From Isurus oxyrinchus (taxonomy: Eukaryota), in contig JANJGN010000034.1 in assembly GCA_026770705.1 (NCBI GenBank), positions 6,510,001 through 6,574,000 of the forward strand: a stretch of 64,000 nt of DNA. The letters are read 5' to 3'. Shown here piece after piece: positions 1 through 12,700 of the stretch. The notes under the pieces are model-generated. The model did not search any database. It was not told the DNA's origin and was given only the letters and a program-made list of their open reading frames with translations. The stretch's first letter is position 1, and the number at the start of each line of letters is the position of its first letter. Both the position numbers and the translations under genes were made by a program.

Positions 1-706
1 ATTGGTAATAGAATCCACTTCTCTAAGCCCGCTTTGTCACTGCCATTACAATTTGTTGATATTAACAAAAGCTTAGAAGTAAAAATAAATTTCAACAAAT
101 GTTAAAGAAGTAAGAACAAGCAGAATGCTAACCTATCAATTATTTAGATATTTCCCATTGACTTCAGACTTTGATTATGTTCAGAACGTAGTCGACCAGC
201 AAACTGGTGTCGCCGCTCCCTCTCCTGTTGCTTGTGTTGAAGCTCTTGCAGCCCTCCGAATTTTTGTGCCGTTTTTCAACCCTGGCTAAAGCCTCCTCAC
301 CAATTACACTTTTCCATTTCTGCCACTTTCTCCCCTCACCCTCCAGATTTGAACTCTCATCATTTTAACCTCCAGTGCCGCTCTTCAATTGATCATGTTC
401 TTTTCTTTCGAATTGTTCATAAACCATTAATATGCAAGCCAGTCATCTGCTTTGAAAAAAAACAATATGTGTTGCCTCACTGTGAAACTACTGCTGTCAA
501 CAAACATATCTCAGCCCCCAGCCAAGCCACGCACAATTGTACAATTTTCTTTTATACGTCTCAGACCTATTTCCCCATATCTCCACGAAAATGTACGTTT
601 CACACCCTTAAGGAAGGAGCCAGAGAGATGTCATGGCTACCCAATTGTCGAAAGGAAAATTAGCATTCTGCACACAAATAGGGGCAGGTTTTTCATTCTG
701 TGCATG

Positions 707-710
<4 letters not shown>

Positions 711-745
<35 letters not shown>
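711..745. repeat. (GT)n microsatellite
   Basis: Uninterrupted gtgtgt run seen directly. Confidence 0.97.
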
Positions 746-746
<1 letters not shown>

Positions 747-2531
747 CCATTTGTATGCTGTTTCTAAATAATATATTGTAAATATTTATACGAGTTACCC
801 TGGTTTCCACCAACAACACATGTCACGCTTACAGGGCAAGGGAACTTCTCTCCGCAATGGCAGCCTTGGAAGCAAAGATGGTTCTGGAGACAAAGCCGAG
901 TTGTTCCTGTGACCAGCCCTCTGTTTGCGAGTTTGCTTCCAGGCATACCGCCATCCATGATTATCCAGCAGCCTCACGTTTGCTACTTACCTGGATGCCC
1001 TAAGTAAATATAGGCAAAGGCCATAAACCCTACTGAAGACGTGACATCTTCTGGTTTATGTCCTTTTACAGCTCTTCTGATGCCTCAAAAGACATTTCCT
1101 TCATTAGGACAACTTCCTTGAAACATTACCAGGTTTCATTGCAAAGCAATATTGGTTGATGGTTGTACATGTGCTGAGAAGGAGTAATGTGGCCATGATT
1201 TGTTCAGAAAATCTCTGTTCATGAAGTGCCATTCTACAAAATGCTCGGGATTGTATGGCAAGAAAGCTCTACATGGGGACAAATCGCTTTGGTTAATTAT
1301 TTATTCTTGAATTTGCTGCTTGAGCCTCTAACACAGACTTCATGAGGCCGAAGGCACCAATACTTGAACAATACCTTCAAGACTGCTTGAAGACTCCTCA
1401 AGCAAACGTATTCAATATTCGCGTGACTATTATCCCAGAATTTAGCCAATCATTCTATGTGTAAGCACACTCATCACTGGTACAAAAGTGCACATTTAAT
1501 TAGTGCCACAGAGAACATTTTAAATAAAAGGTTTGCCCCGGAATCTCCATTATGCTACACCCGAGAGTGAAGGCCGATGAAATAAATTATTGTGCCACAT
1601 CCAGCAAAAGATAAACACATGTGCGTCATTAGACAAATAAAGGAAGCTTGATATTTAGTTGCATGGTTAGTTAGTCAGCAATTCACTTCGATCATAGTGA
1701 GAGAGAAAATGATCCATCTCCGGCAGAGGAAGGAAAGGGATCCACATTTGTTTGCGCCAGTTTATCCCAGAACTATCCATATGTAATTGAGCAACTTCTT
1801 GAAATGGATATGATTATAACGTAAGGAAGGCGATTTAACTAATAACTCCAAAAACATCCTGGATTTAGTCTGCTGTCACTTCACTTCAACTCGCTCTAAA
1901 TGTGGGTTTCCCCAATTAGGTCGCCATTGTTATAGCCTTCCAAAGTAACTGAAGTTCTTCACTTCTCCATAGTTTTTAGAGGAATGCACAATAATCCGAT
2001 AAGCATGTGCTTCCCGGCTCTCCACTTCAATAAATTCATGTGGAAGGAAAGTAGGTGATGCATAGGAATAACATATTTTATAACATCCTAACAGTTACGT
2101 GATCACAACAAACGTGCATATCTGAGTAGTTAGCATATATTAATCGATTGATTTAGTCCCATTCCCTGCCATCATCCTGAACATTCTTACATTGTGCAGC
2201 TCAAATCTGGATAAAATATTCCCGTTAAGAGGACCTCAAAGCTCTTAGACTCTAAGTACCAATTCATAGAACCCAGGACATTGAGTGCATTGTTACAGTG
2301 CTCTTAACTTATCCTAATATATGGAATGCCTTATGCTTATGCGCAAGCAGTTCCTTCGGCACACGCACCCATTTTAGAAATCTGCCCATTGTTTAGATTT
2401 TCTTTCTGTTTCTTTCCACTAAGTTGAATTGCTTCACGATTCACTGCATTCAACTTCATTTGCCTCTTAACTGCTGATTCCACGATATTTTCTGTGTCCT
2501 GTTGGTGGTAACCCACAATGGAGCTTACTTT

Positions 2532-2801
2532 CATGGCGAGGGGCATGAGGTTTGAGAGAATGGGAGGGAAAACTTCTGTAACTGAAGGTTGGTGACAGTC
2601 TGGAATGCACTGCTTGGAAGTGCGTTGGAGGTGGCTTGCCTCACATCCTTTAAAATATATCTGGATGAGCACTTGGCACGTCATAACATTCAGGGCTATG
2701 GGCCAAGTGCTGGTAAATGGGGTTTGGTAGGTAGTTCAGGTGTTTCTCACGTTTCGGTGCAGACGCAAAGGTGCGAAGGGCTTGTTCTGCATGGTGATTC
2801 T
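2532..2801 (+). mobile_element. CR1-clade LINE 3' end fragment
   Basis: Translates to VTVWNALLGSALEVACLTSFKIYLDEHLARHNIQGYGPSAGKWG, matching the CR1 ORF2 C-terminal pattern WN.LP...FK..LD...GYG..AGKW, followed by a typical 3' UTR. Confidence 0.85.
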
Positions 2802-3179
2802 CTTATAGATCTCTATTATCCACATTGCAGTTTATAATGCTTTTATTTTTTGAAAAATCTGCAAATTTTAAAATGTACCCTGCCTACACCATTAATATAT
2901 ATCAACAAATAGCAGGGTTGCTACAGCTACCCCTGCAGAGATTCATTGCGAGACGTCCTCCACTGCATCAACTTTAATTAAATATTAGTTTCTCTTTCCT
3001 GTCATCCAGCCAAATTTTCTGTGAATGATGCCACTGCTGCTTCAAAACATGAACGATAAATTTGCTCAAATGTCTATGTGCATCAGTGCATCAAATGCCT
3101 TTGGAGGGCCATGCACACCACGTTAAAAAATTATCCTAATCAAACTTCTGTATCACATCTTGAAAAGGTGCAGCAAATT

Positions 3180-3600
3180 CACCTACTACGGTTTTCCTTT
3201 AATGCATTCATCATTTATAAATAATTAACCTTCATTTACCCAAGTGATCATTAAATTTATCCCGAATAAGAAGTAAAACTTGCTGAGTGGTAGCTCTTAT
3301 ACAACTTTCTTGGAACACGGGTGTAACATTTCCAATGCTACAATCCTTCAGCACTGCTTCTGTGCCTAAGGAACAATGGGAAATTGTGTTCATTGCCTTT
3401 GCAATTTCTGCTATAACTTCCACCAGTATCCTTCTATGGATTTCAAATTTTTCTGATGCCTTATCAAATTTAATTTGAGGCGGACTTTTTAAAACACGTT
3501 ATTTATCTTTTAAAAATTTAAAGTGACTGACTTGCTTATTTTTCACCATGACCTAAGCAGCCACCTAATTCCTAGGTAAAGACAAAAGCGAAGTATTAAT
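3180..3600 (-). mobile_element. Decayed CR1-clade LINE RT-region fragment
   Basis: Minus ORF 3232-3423 contains SLGTEAVLKDCSIGNVTPVFQ, a decayed form of the CR1 motif SL.TG.VP.DW..ANVTP.FKKG. Confidence 0.7.
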
Positions 3601-4439
3601 TTAGCAGGCAGTGATACAAAACTTTGCATATTGCCTGCAGGTTTCGAGTTGCTTTTGTGCTAGATGCCAGTCTCCTTTCGGAGACTTTCTGCAAATTAGT
3701 TTTTCACTTCTCCCATGAATATTTGATATTTGGCCTCATTCTCTGTTGCATTAACACCCCCCCCCATCCCCCCACCCCCGACATCATATGCACACGTTAT
3801 CATCTTCAGCTTATCTCCTTGCTTATCCAGAGTTCTCTTGATACGCTTGTCCAATGATTCCCTTCATGGGGATCTGTATTCCATGATCCCAAATAATATT
3901 GCATTTAAATAGCCCAATGTTCCGGTTCTTTTGCTTTTATTTGCATGAAAATCTTTGCCTCCTATTTTTTCTGGACTAGATCTAATTCTCCCCCCTGACC
4001 CCAGGCCACCACCTCCCAACACCCGCCACCCCTACCACACCAACTCCACCACCCCCCCAGCAGCCCACAAAAATGCTGCCCAACACTTTATTGTTGTTGT
4101 ACTAGGTTTTTGTTTGCTCTTTACCATAACCAAATTAGACATTCGGATACAATGATTAGTGTTCGGAATTTGCTTCCTGCCAACATCAAGTCCACGTGGT
4201 CTACCCCATTGCCAAGAATCAGTCATTATGTTTTACCCTGGAAAAACACGATTTTAAAATTGACCTGAACACACCACAGTAATGTTAGTGTCTCTCTGCC
4301 TTTTCATCAATCACCGACCTAGTGTAAATTCAGAAAGTTGAAGTTGCCCATTAGAAAGGCTGCACAATTAATCCCAGTAATACAGCTTTCCAAATAGCAT
4401 TTGGCGAACATCTAGCCTATGGACAATTTACGAATATTT

Positions 4440-5050
4440 AATGTTAGCCAGTTTATGAAGAACAATATATAGCAATACAATATCTATAATAAGCAATGGG
4501 GAACGTGTACAGGTTGTTTCAATACAGAGGAAACAGGGCATTCTCTCCAGCTGGTCAAAAAAAGCCGGCATGCAGGCCCAAGTAACTAAGAAGGCAAATA
4601 TAGTTTTGGTCTATTTGTAAAAGGACAAAATCTTGGTCTAATTTCTAAGGCGGTCACTGACGCCTAGAATACTGCCCACAGTTTTGGTCTCATTAAAAAT
4701 CTGGTATTATAGCAGATTCATTCGCTTGTTTCATGGAATTAATTGACTGTCTTATACAGAGAAGTTGCGCAGATTTGGCCAAAACTCAGTTGAGTTTAAA
4801 TAAGTAGCACTTGGTGCTACTGAAACGCCTAAAGTTCTGATGGTTCTTGATATTGTTTCTGCTGATTGGATGTTTCCCTTCTTGTGGAAATAATGAGCTA
4901 GGAGGCACTGTTTTAGAATAAACGGACTCCCATATATGGCGCAAGATTTGGTTGAAAAGGAGGTCATTCAGGTTTGAAATTTTTCCCGTTAGTGCACAGT
5001 GGAAGGTACAACACTGAATATCCTCCAGCCTGGGGTGAACATTTGTTATC
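4440..5050 (+). mobile_element. Decayed CR1-clade LINE 3' portion
   Basis: Remnants such as gcctagaatactgcccacagttttggtctc (LEYC.QFWSP) and gggcactgttttagaata-like (GH.LRI) segments; many stops. Confidence 0.6.
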
Positions 5051-7206
5051 TTCAAATACTGCTTCAGTGTGCGGCGTGAGGGAGAGGGAATTTAGGCAGA
5101 TAATTGGAGTTCAGGCAAACATCAGATCAGCGAAGTTCTTATTCAGTCTCAGAGCAGGTTCATGCGGAAAATAATTAATAGAATTAACCATTGTTTGCAG
5201 TGTAACCCAAAGAACTTAAGCAGCGTAACGACAGTAAGGACAGGCTGTAAACCCTTGTACATTTATATGACTCTGTCTGGACGGTGTGAAAGTAAAAGTG
5301 ACGAGACAATGATTTCAGAATATCAAGCATACTTAAGGTAAGGCTATCATCATTAAATATCATGCGATGGGCCGGGGTCATAAATGTCTTTGATCTAGGT
5401 GCATAGCGCAAGACTGCTTCTATCGTGCCAATGTTGTTATATACCCCGCGCTATTGTTTCCACCTGCATCCTTTGATGAACCATTCACGTGTTTACCTGT
5501 TTTGTGTTTCAACTAAATTATGCAGCAGTGTGTCCAGTTTCGCAGCTTGGTGGTGAAGCTCTGGGAGGGGTCTCAGTGGAGATCTTTGAGAATACCACAA
5601 GAGGTGAATGATTAGTTAAGAGGAAGACTGAACCGCCTTTAATTGTTTCCATCCAATAATTCCCTCCTTGTAAGTGGGAGATTTAAGAGAGGGAATGAAA
5701 ACGGAGATAAGATTTGTTCAGGTGAATCTCGTTCCACTTTTACAGTGGTGAGCAACGTATACACAAATTACCATAGAATCACAAAATTTACAAAAAAAAA
5801 ACCCTGAAGAAAAATGACGATATGTTTTGTTCCTGTGATTCTGCATGTAATTCAGACATCTAGATTTCGAACAGCCTATAAAGTATGATGGGAAACTCTG
5901 CATGTCATAAGTAAAGATGTTGTGGGCAAAAGAAAAAGGTGAAAGCAATAACTTAAAACATTACACACGAAAACCAACAGTATCACATTCAGGTGAAAAG
6001 CAACAAGCACAGGCAACTTGTTTCTTTGCTTTTCGCATAAAAAGGAAAGGTTGTGGAGAGTTTTTTTAAGGTACATATTTTCCTCATTTTCAAATGCGTT
6101 CATAGAGTAGGCACGGAGGAAATAATTCCAATCATGTGGTAAAGCAGCAAAGAAAACAGAAAAAAAAAGAAAAGCTACTTTTATGAATATGATAAAATCA
6201 TAAAAGAATTAAATGAGGAATGCGGATAAAATATATTGTTTGCCTAGAACATGAGGACAAGAGCACGGGCAACAGTTCAATCGACACCTAAATATGTAAT
6301 TCAGAGGAAATAGGCAAGCAGCCTGAAAATAATTTAGAGGGCTGTGCTGATAGGCTTAGATGTATTCCCAAATCTGCTCTGTATTTCCTTATGAGATGGA
6401 CTTGTTTAATTCCTGAAAACACACCTGCCAAGTCCTTTCGACACGTGCTACATTCCATGGACTTTATGAATGAAATTCCTTCATGGCTCCTATGAGTCAT
6501 ACCACTAGAATGAAACACAGACTAAGCATGAGAACTAACACAGGCGAATCCTCAGAAAGATACGTTTTTAACAGAATGGAGCACAGAGTTAGTAAAACCT
6601 TCAACTACACTCTTTTTTTTCACATTGACGTGTTTCCTCTCTCTGCTAATCTATTCAATTCGGACGCTCACACGTGGTCTATTCGGCTCTCATGCCTTGA
6701 TATGGCTAGTCCTTTCCCACCATGTGCCTGGAAGCAGTTTTATTCGGGAGATGAGATGCGCCAAATGGTTGTGCCAAATCTGAATCCTGGCTTACGTTTG
6801 CTGTCATCGCACTCTAGATAAACATTACAGAAATCAATTTTCCAAAATCGATCATCGTTTTACTTTGTGCCCTGCACATATTAAGTCCCTCGAAGCAGAT
6901 AAGCAATGGGACAGATGAGTGGATTTCTATTTATGCATGGAGTGTATGGTTGAAAGTAGAATTGAGATAAATGCAAATGTAGATGGTTGTTGCATACATT
7001 AAATTTACACTAATATTATTAATTAGGAACGTCGTTGCCATCCAATAATAACGTTGAGCATTTCCCAGCTATGCCCTGTTCAAACAAAAAGAATACAGGC
7101 TCAACTTGGCCAATTATTGCAGCATCAAACCATTACAATCAAGTGATATGGGGGTTTTCAGCCGCACAATCAATTTGCTCAGCAACAGTAAACACGTAAA
7201 CACGAT

Positions 7207-7245
7207 AGTTCTGTCGAAGGGTCATGAGGACTCGAAACGTCAACT
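7207..7245 (+). ncRNA. Minimal type I hammerhead-ribozyme-like motif (variant core)
   Basis: AGTT-CTGTCGA-A-GGGTC-ATGAG-GACTC-GAAAC-GTC-AACT: stem I AGTT/AACT, stem II GGGTC/GACTC, GAAA box, GUC triplet. Core reads CUGUCGA instead of CUGANGA. Confidence 0.55.
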
Positions 7246-7342
7246 CTTTTCTTCTCCGCCGATGCTGCCAGACCTGCTGAGTTTTTCCAGGTAATTCTGT
7301 TTTTGTTTTGCATTTCCAGCATCCGCAGTTCTCTTTGTTTTT
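7208..7342 (+). mobile_element. Short Penelope-like element terminal fragment with 9-bp flanking direct repeat
   Basis: Sequence gaagggtcatgaggactcgaaacgtcaactc...gatgctgccagacctgctgagtttttccag resembles the abundant elasmobranch Penelope-type terminus. Flanked by AACACGATA at 7199-7207 and 7343-7351. Confidence 0.75.
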
Positions 7343-7409
7343 AACACGATAAAGCTCTGTTTTGGTACTGCCTGAGCTACCTAGATCCAGAGATCAGTTC
7401 AGCCTTTCT

Positions 7410-7720
7410 CCAAATATTGAAAAAGCAACTTATTTCAGGGTTTCAAGTGAGAGTCAACACAGCATTTGACCATGTGTGACATTTAAGAACCAAAGCAAGA
7501 GCGACGTCCAATGGGTTTGGGAAATAAATAAATCTACAGTCGTTGAGTCAGAGCTAGCACAGGCGAAGGTGGATTGAGGATGTGGGAAGTTCATGATCTC
7601 AGGTTCAATACAGTACTGCAGGTCTTCCTCAAGGCGGCATTGTAAGCAGAACCACCTGGCTGAGCATCCTATACGTAGGGCCTAGATCACACAGGAAGAA
7701 TTGGGGATATGCGTGGATGA
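7410..7720 (+). mobile_element. Decayed non-LTR retrotransposon RT fragment
   Basis: cagcatttgaccatgtgtgacat (AFD.VWH) and gcaggtcttcctcaaggcggcattgta (GVPQGS.L-like) RT motifs. Confidence 0.55.
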
Positions 7721-9559
7721 CTGCCGAGAGTTGAGCCCGTTTACATCAATTCATTCCCAAGGTTCAGAAATTCTATGTATCAATCACGAGGACTATTTGA
7801 CCGGGCTGCAGTGTAAGACTGGATGGATTAATAAATTCCATGGCCTACTTTTTTAGGAACTATCGCTATATTTACTTGAAAACGTCATGCAAACTGCCCT
7901 ACGATCTCTGTTTAAACCAGGTTTTACATATCTGTGTCCATTTTAGCACCACATAGGCAAGGATATAACTTAAAATCTCAACGTGCATTTACATTGGATA
8001 GTTACTAGAATAACAGTAGATATTTCAGCTGCAAGGATGGTAAAGGAAATGTTGCAGATCTCATAGGAAACCTCGCCACACTCTTTGGATTGGCTCGACC
8101 TGTTTTTATCCTCACGGATGTCTTGATCGCCCCCATGGCAGCAGAGGTTTGTGACCATGAAATCACATCCACATTCTGGCATACGGCTTCAACCAGTGCA
8201 ACGAACCTGCGCAGGATAGTTGTCATGCAACCTACATTCCCCCACTAAGAGATTTATCTACTCTGTCATGTGAAGTAAGCTTTCAGCAGACTGGTGGAAG
8301 AAGCCAATCCAATGCCCTGAAGTGTGTTGAGGACCGCAGCTTGGAAGGCGTCCACCAGGCCAAGAAATGGAAGACGTCTAGGTTGCCCATTTTTTTCGGT
8401 TATACTTCCAGCCTTCTTCATTTGCCTGCCATTAGAGCAAGGTTGGTCAGAGCAATGGAATCAGGCTGATGAAGCACATCACTTATTCATTGTAATCCAA
8501 TTCAACTTAGAGGGAAGTTCATCACAATTCTATCATCTATAAGTATATCAGTTAAGCGCACTGATGGAACAGAGCAGCAGTAGCCGAAGCGGAATCATGG
8601 GAGCTGCAGCTTAGAACATGGTTGCAGGAACTTCCTGCGTCTGCATTGTTTTTAAATGGAAATATTTAGAACTCAACAGATCTACATTCGACTGAGCAGT
8701 CCTTTTCAGGACCTTAAAGCTCTCATTACACGTATGAGTAAGGATCTAGGAAAACTGTCCTACTCATTTCCTGTTTCATCAACCTGGTGTGCATGACATA
8801 TTTTCCTGAATACCATTAAAACGGCAGTAAATCAAATCTCGCAAAAGAATACAAGGGTGACACGAGTCAACATTGGCAAATGGAGAACGTCACATCCGGG
8901 AGAACTGGGAAGAGAAACATTCTGTCCATGGAGAGATAGCTAAGTACATCTTTCAGATCGCCCACCTTATTGAGTTTCATCCACATATAGAGTGACAACT
9001 CAAGGAATAGGTTTCAAGCTCCATATTCTTTTGCATCGCCTTGGAAAGTGAGCATGGTGCTAACTGGAGTTTGAGCTGCCACGAGCTATCTTGTCAGAAA
9101 GCTGAGATGTCTTCCCTTGTGCAGACCCGTGATGCTTCTGCACCTGTTGCACGGCAATAGGAATGGAAATCTTATTATGCCCCTATGATGACAAAACTGA
9201 ACGAAGTCAAGAGTATTAGGCGATGGCATCCCCGCTCTCATTGCTACTGCAGAAATGTCAGAGAATTAATCATTAATGGCAACTGCAACTCAAGACTTGG
9301 TACAGAGCATTAGGCATGGTAAGGTGTTATCAGAAATTAATTTTCAAAAACAGGGTTGGCAGGTATAACAGAAAGCTAATGCTGGTGAAAATATGCACTG
9401 CGAATGAGCACGTAATCGGCCATGCAATTGACCAGCTCCCTAATCGTAACAGAAGTTTTTTTAGATGCACACACTTTCTAGGAATTGGCGTTCAATGGAC
9501 GATGTAATCGCCAGACAGAGGGAGAGGCAGATGTCTGCATAATGAAAGACATATTAGGG

Positions 9560-9760
9560 GCTCAATATTTGACTGCCCAGAGTATTCAGATTTCAAAGCT
9601 AAACAACATAAAATATCACAATATATACCCCCGGAATGCAAAGGTCGATATCATCGCAACACCCCAAGGCGAAACTGCCACCTACGCAGATAGCTCATTG
9701 ATTGAAACTGGATATTTGCCTATACATAGGAAAATTGGAAACTCACTCTATTGAGGACGT
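9560..9760 (+). mobile_element. Possible RTE-clade endonuclease remnant
   Basis: KVDIIATPQGET...DSSLIETGY resembles the RTE EN motif DIAALQET....G.L.E.GY; heavily decayed. Confidence 0.35.
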
Positions 9761-12700
9761 TTTGTTGATCTTCAAGGATGTAGGATGCACTGGTTGAGAT
9801 CCTACCCCTTTCTTCCTACCCCTCGTATCCTTCCAGATTATAATCTTAAAAGCTTTGATTTCAACCAGGAATTATTTGAGGGAAGGTATCTATTTAGGGC
9901 TTTCCTTAACTACAAGTCATCAGTGTGCAATAAAGATGATAACTGAAACATCTTAAGAAGCATCCCATTCAAGCTCCAATATATAAAAGACATAATTGGC
10001 TGAATCAGAACACAAGGATGTTCAGTCATACGCACACAAGAAAGAATGGAATTGGTTCGACGATGCTCCTGAATCATTCAATGAGCTCGAGTTTACTGAT
10101 TCATCATGAATTCTCGGTCCCAGCGAAATCATAACGCTTAAAGAAAATAATGTATATACTAGAAAAATGAGCCGAGCACGTTATGCAAGTGCATGCTGAC
10201 CCTTCATCAATCAATGAAGCACCTTTCAAAAGGCTGCAACAAATCAATTGCACTTTTTATAGTCCTAGAATGGAGTTAGAATCATCAAACACAATACAGC
10301 TCCTTTCTAGAGGCAAGTCCCCAGGAGCTAATGCTATCCTGACAGAGGCTTATAGGGCAAGAGGTTAATTCCTGGTCAAGTAACTCACTCAACTTTTTTT
10401 TTTCAGTGCGTGCGGGAGCAAGAAACAATCTTGCAAGAACACAAAGATGACTCCGTTGTCCTGCTGTAAAAGTGAAAAATAACTGAGCCGCTTTCTGACA
10501 ATTACACAGGAAACTCACTCCCCTCCAACACACAAAATGATTTCGCTGGAATCCATCTGAGCCAAATTGTGCTTTATATCGACGAGGATTTCCTGCCAAA
10601 GATTCAGGTCGAACAAACACCGACATGTTTTTTTTTCAGCTACACAGTTCTGGGAGAAATGTCAACAACGAAACATAAAGCCTCCAGAACGCATATAGAC
10701 ATGGAAATGAGTTTTTTTTTATTTCAAAGTCTGTCATGGATCCGTTTGGATGGCTAAGTAGAAATTAGGTTGTACTTAGAAATTCATTACCAGGTCAGAC
10801 GGAACCTTGAAGGCATGCAGATAAATGCCTTGCAAGATGGTGAGTATTTTCAGCAATGACGGTCATTAGATGAATAAAAAACACGACTGACTGCTTGCCC
10901 AACCAATTTTCAGCATGTTTTTGTTCTTCTCCCTATGCCACGATGGGCATAGTGGCAACTAAGTCATTTACCACATGGCAGGTGAGTTGTTCAACCTGAG
11001 AGGATTCCAGGAAAAGATGTAGTCTTCAAGAAAGCACGTAATACTTGCCAAGGACGGTGTACTATCTGTCCGTTCAGGGCTCCACGTGCAATATAGTATG
11101 GAAGTGTAAATCAATCCATGAGCCAAACATGGCCTTAACATTGGGACGAACTAAACTGATGAAAAATACCAGACTGCTCCTGGCGAGTCATGTCTAGATC
11201 TCAGCTCTACTTTTCATTCGCAGCAGTGGAGGAGGGTACTTGCTACGGCAGCATACTCTCTTAGTCTGTCTTCAATGAGATCCAGACACTTCTATCAATA
11301 ACGAAGCAAGTATAATTTTTGCAAACTGGAGAAAATGAGTATGAGAGTGAAGTCTGCAGAAAAAGAAAATGATGATCGATAGAGCAATATTCCTCGCCAC
11401 TCTGATGGGACAAGGATTTTTCTCAATAAATGCTAAGAAACACTTAAACTTCCGTTTTAGATGCTTATGGGTGCTTCTGTGGATCAAATTGTCGGGCAAA
11501 ATATCTGACACCTGGGTTTACATGGAAGCAGGTGTGCCAAGCCTCTGTACCATGTCAAAGTAATCATGTCGGTGTTGGGATTATCAAGCAGACAAAATTC
11601 CTGAACTGGCTTAACAATATCAGTCTTCAAATGGAGATCTTTACTGAGGATTATGCTCTCATACGATTAAAAGATGTCCTGAAAGGACACCAGATTATTT
11701 GTTTTTTTACAGAGAATTTTGTTAGCCACTTTGAGTTCCTGAAGGAACTCGGCCACGATCTTTGCAAATCATTCAAAGAAAAAATAAAATCAATGTGGCC
11801 TTTTTTTAAAAAAAATGCTAAACAAATGGAAGTTCAATTGCAGAAGGTGTCGTGCTGAAATTGTAAATTTAATTTTACGTCACTTCTCTGATCTCCAATA
11901 TGAAACAGGTAGCTGGTGCACTGCGTCCAAATCAGGTTGCATTGTTATTAAAAAAAACGATGCACTGGAGGGTATGCAATAAATGGATATACGTATGAAA
12001 CGGTAACTGAAGGGGTGTAAATTTGCCTGGAGAAGGCGCTGAGCAGTGTGTGCCAATTATTCACTAAGGAAGAAAAACCAAGGCATGCCCTAATATGTGT
12101 CGCCTAACCTCTGCAAACTGTTGTTAGAGTGAAAGCATATTGATTGTTTTCAGGTGGAATGGAGGGTGGTGTCAGAGGAAAGGAGTATAGGGCATGTTGT
12201 ACGACAGTCTGATGCAAATCAAATAAGAAAGTTAGAACAAAAGTATTTGCACAGCGAGTGGTGATAATTAGTGGGGAATGGGCAATTAGTGGGGAAAGCT
12301 GAAGTCGGTGCATGCAAGTACTTAAAGGGAGAGAAGACGTGTTTAACTGGATGCAGGGTTGAGAGCGATATTGACGAATGTGAAGGAAAATTGGAGAACG
12401 TTCAAGCAGGACATAAATTGTTGAAAGGACTGGCTGGCTGTGATAACTGCTTATAAGCTGTATGCCTCATATGCGGCTTACAATGCACAGTCCGGTTGAT
12501 CAGAGGGTAGATTTAACAATATATCACAAAGGTGAAACGTTGATAAATAATTGAATTGGAGAAGGATCCGTAGTTAGAACAGTGTGTACACCAAAATCGG
12601 CATGGGCCCCAAGGTAAGGACATGTCCCTAAAGGCCCGATGACTCACGGAATATCCGGCTTTAGTTTGTTAGCTCTTACATAATAATGGAACAGGCCATT

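Noticed and set aside
5319-5337. tttcag|19 nt|gtaagg candidate
   Set aside because: Length is not a multiple of 3, so it is incompatible with the symmetric array.
11461-11531. YGCFCG as a secreted phospholipase A2 calcium loop
   Set aside because: The following GGxGxPxD and CCxxHDxCY motifs are absent.
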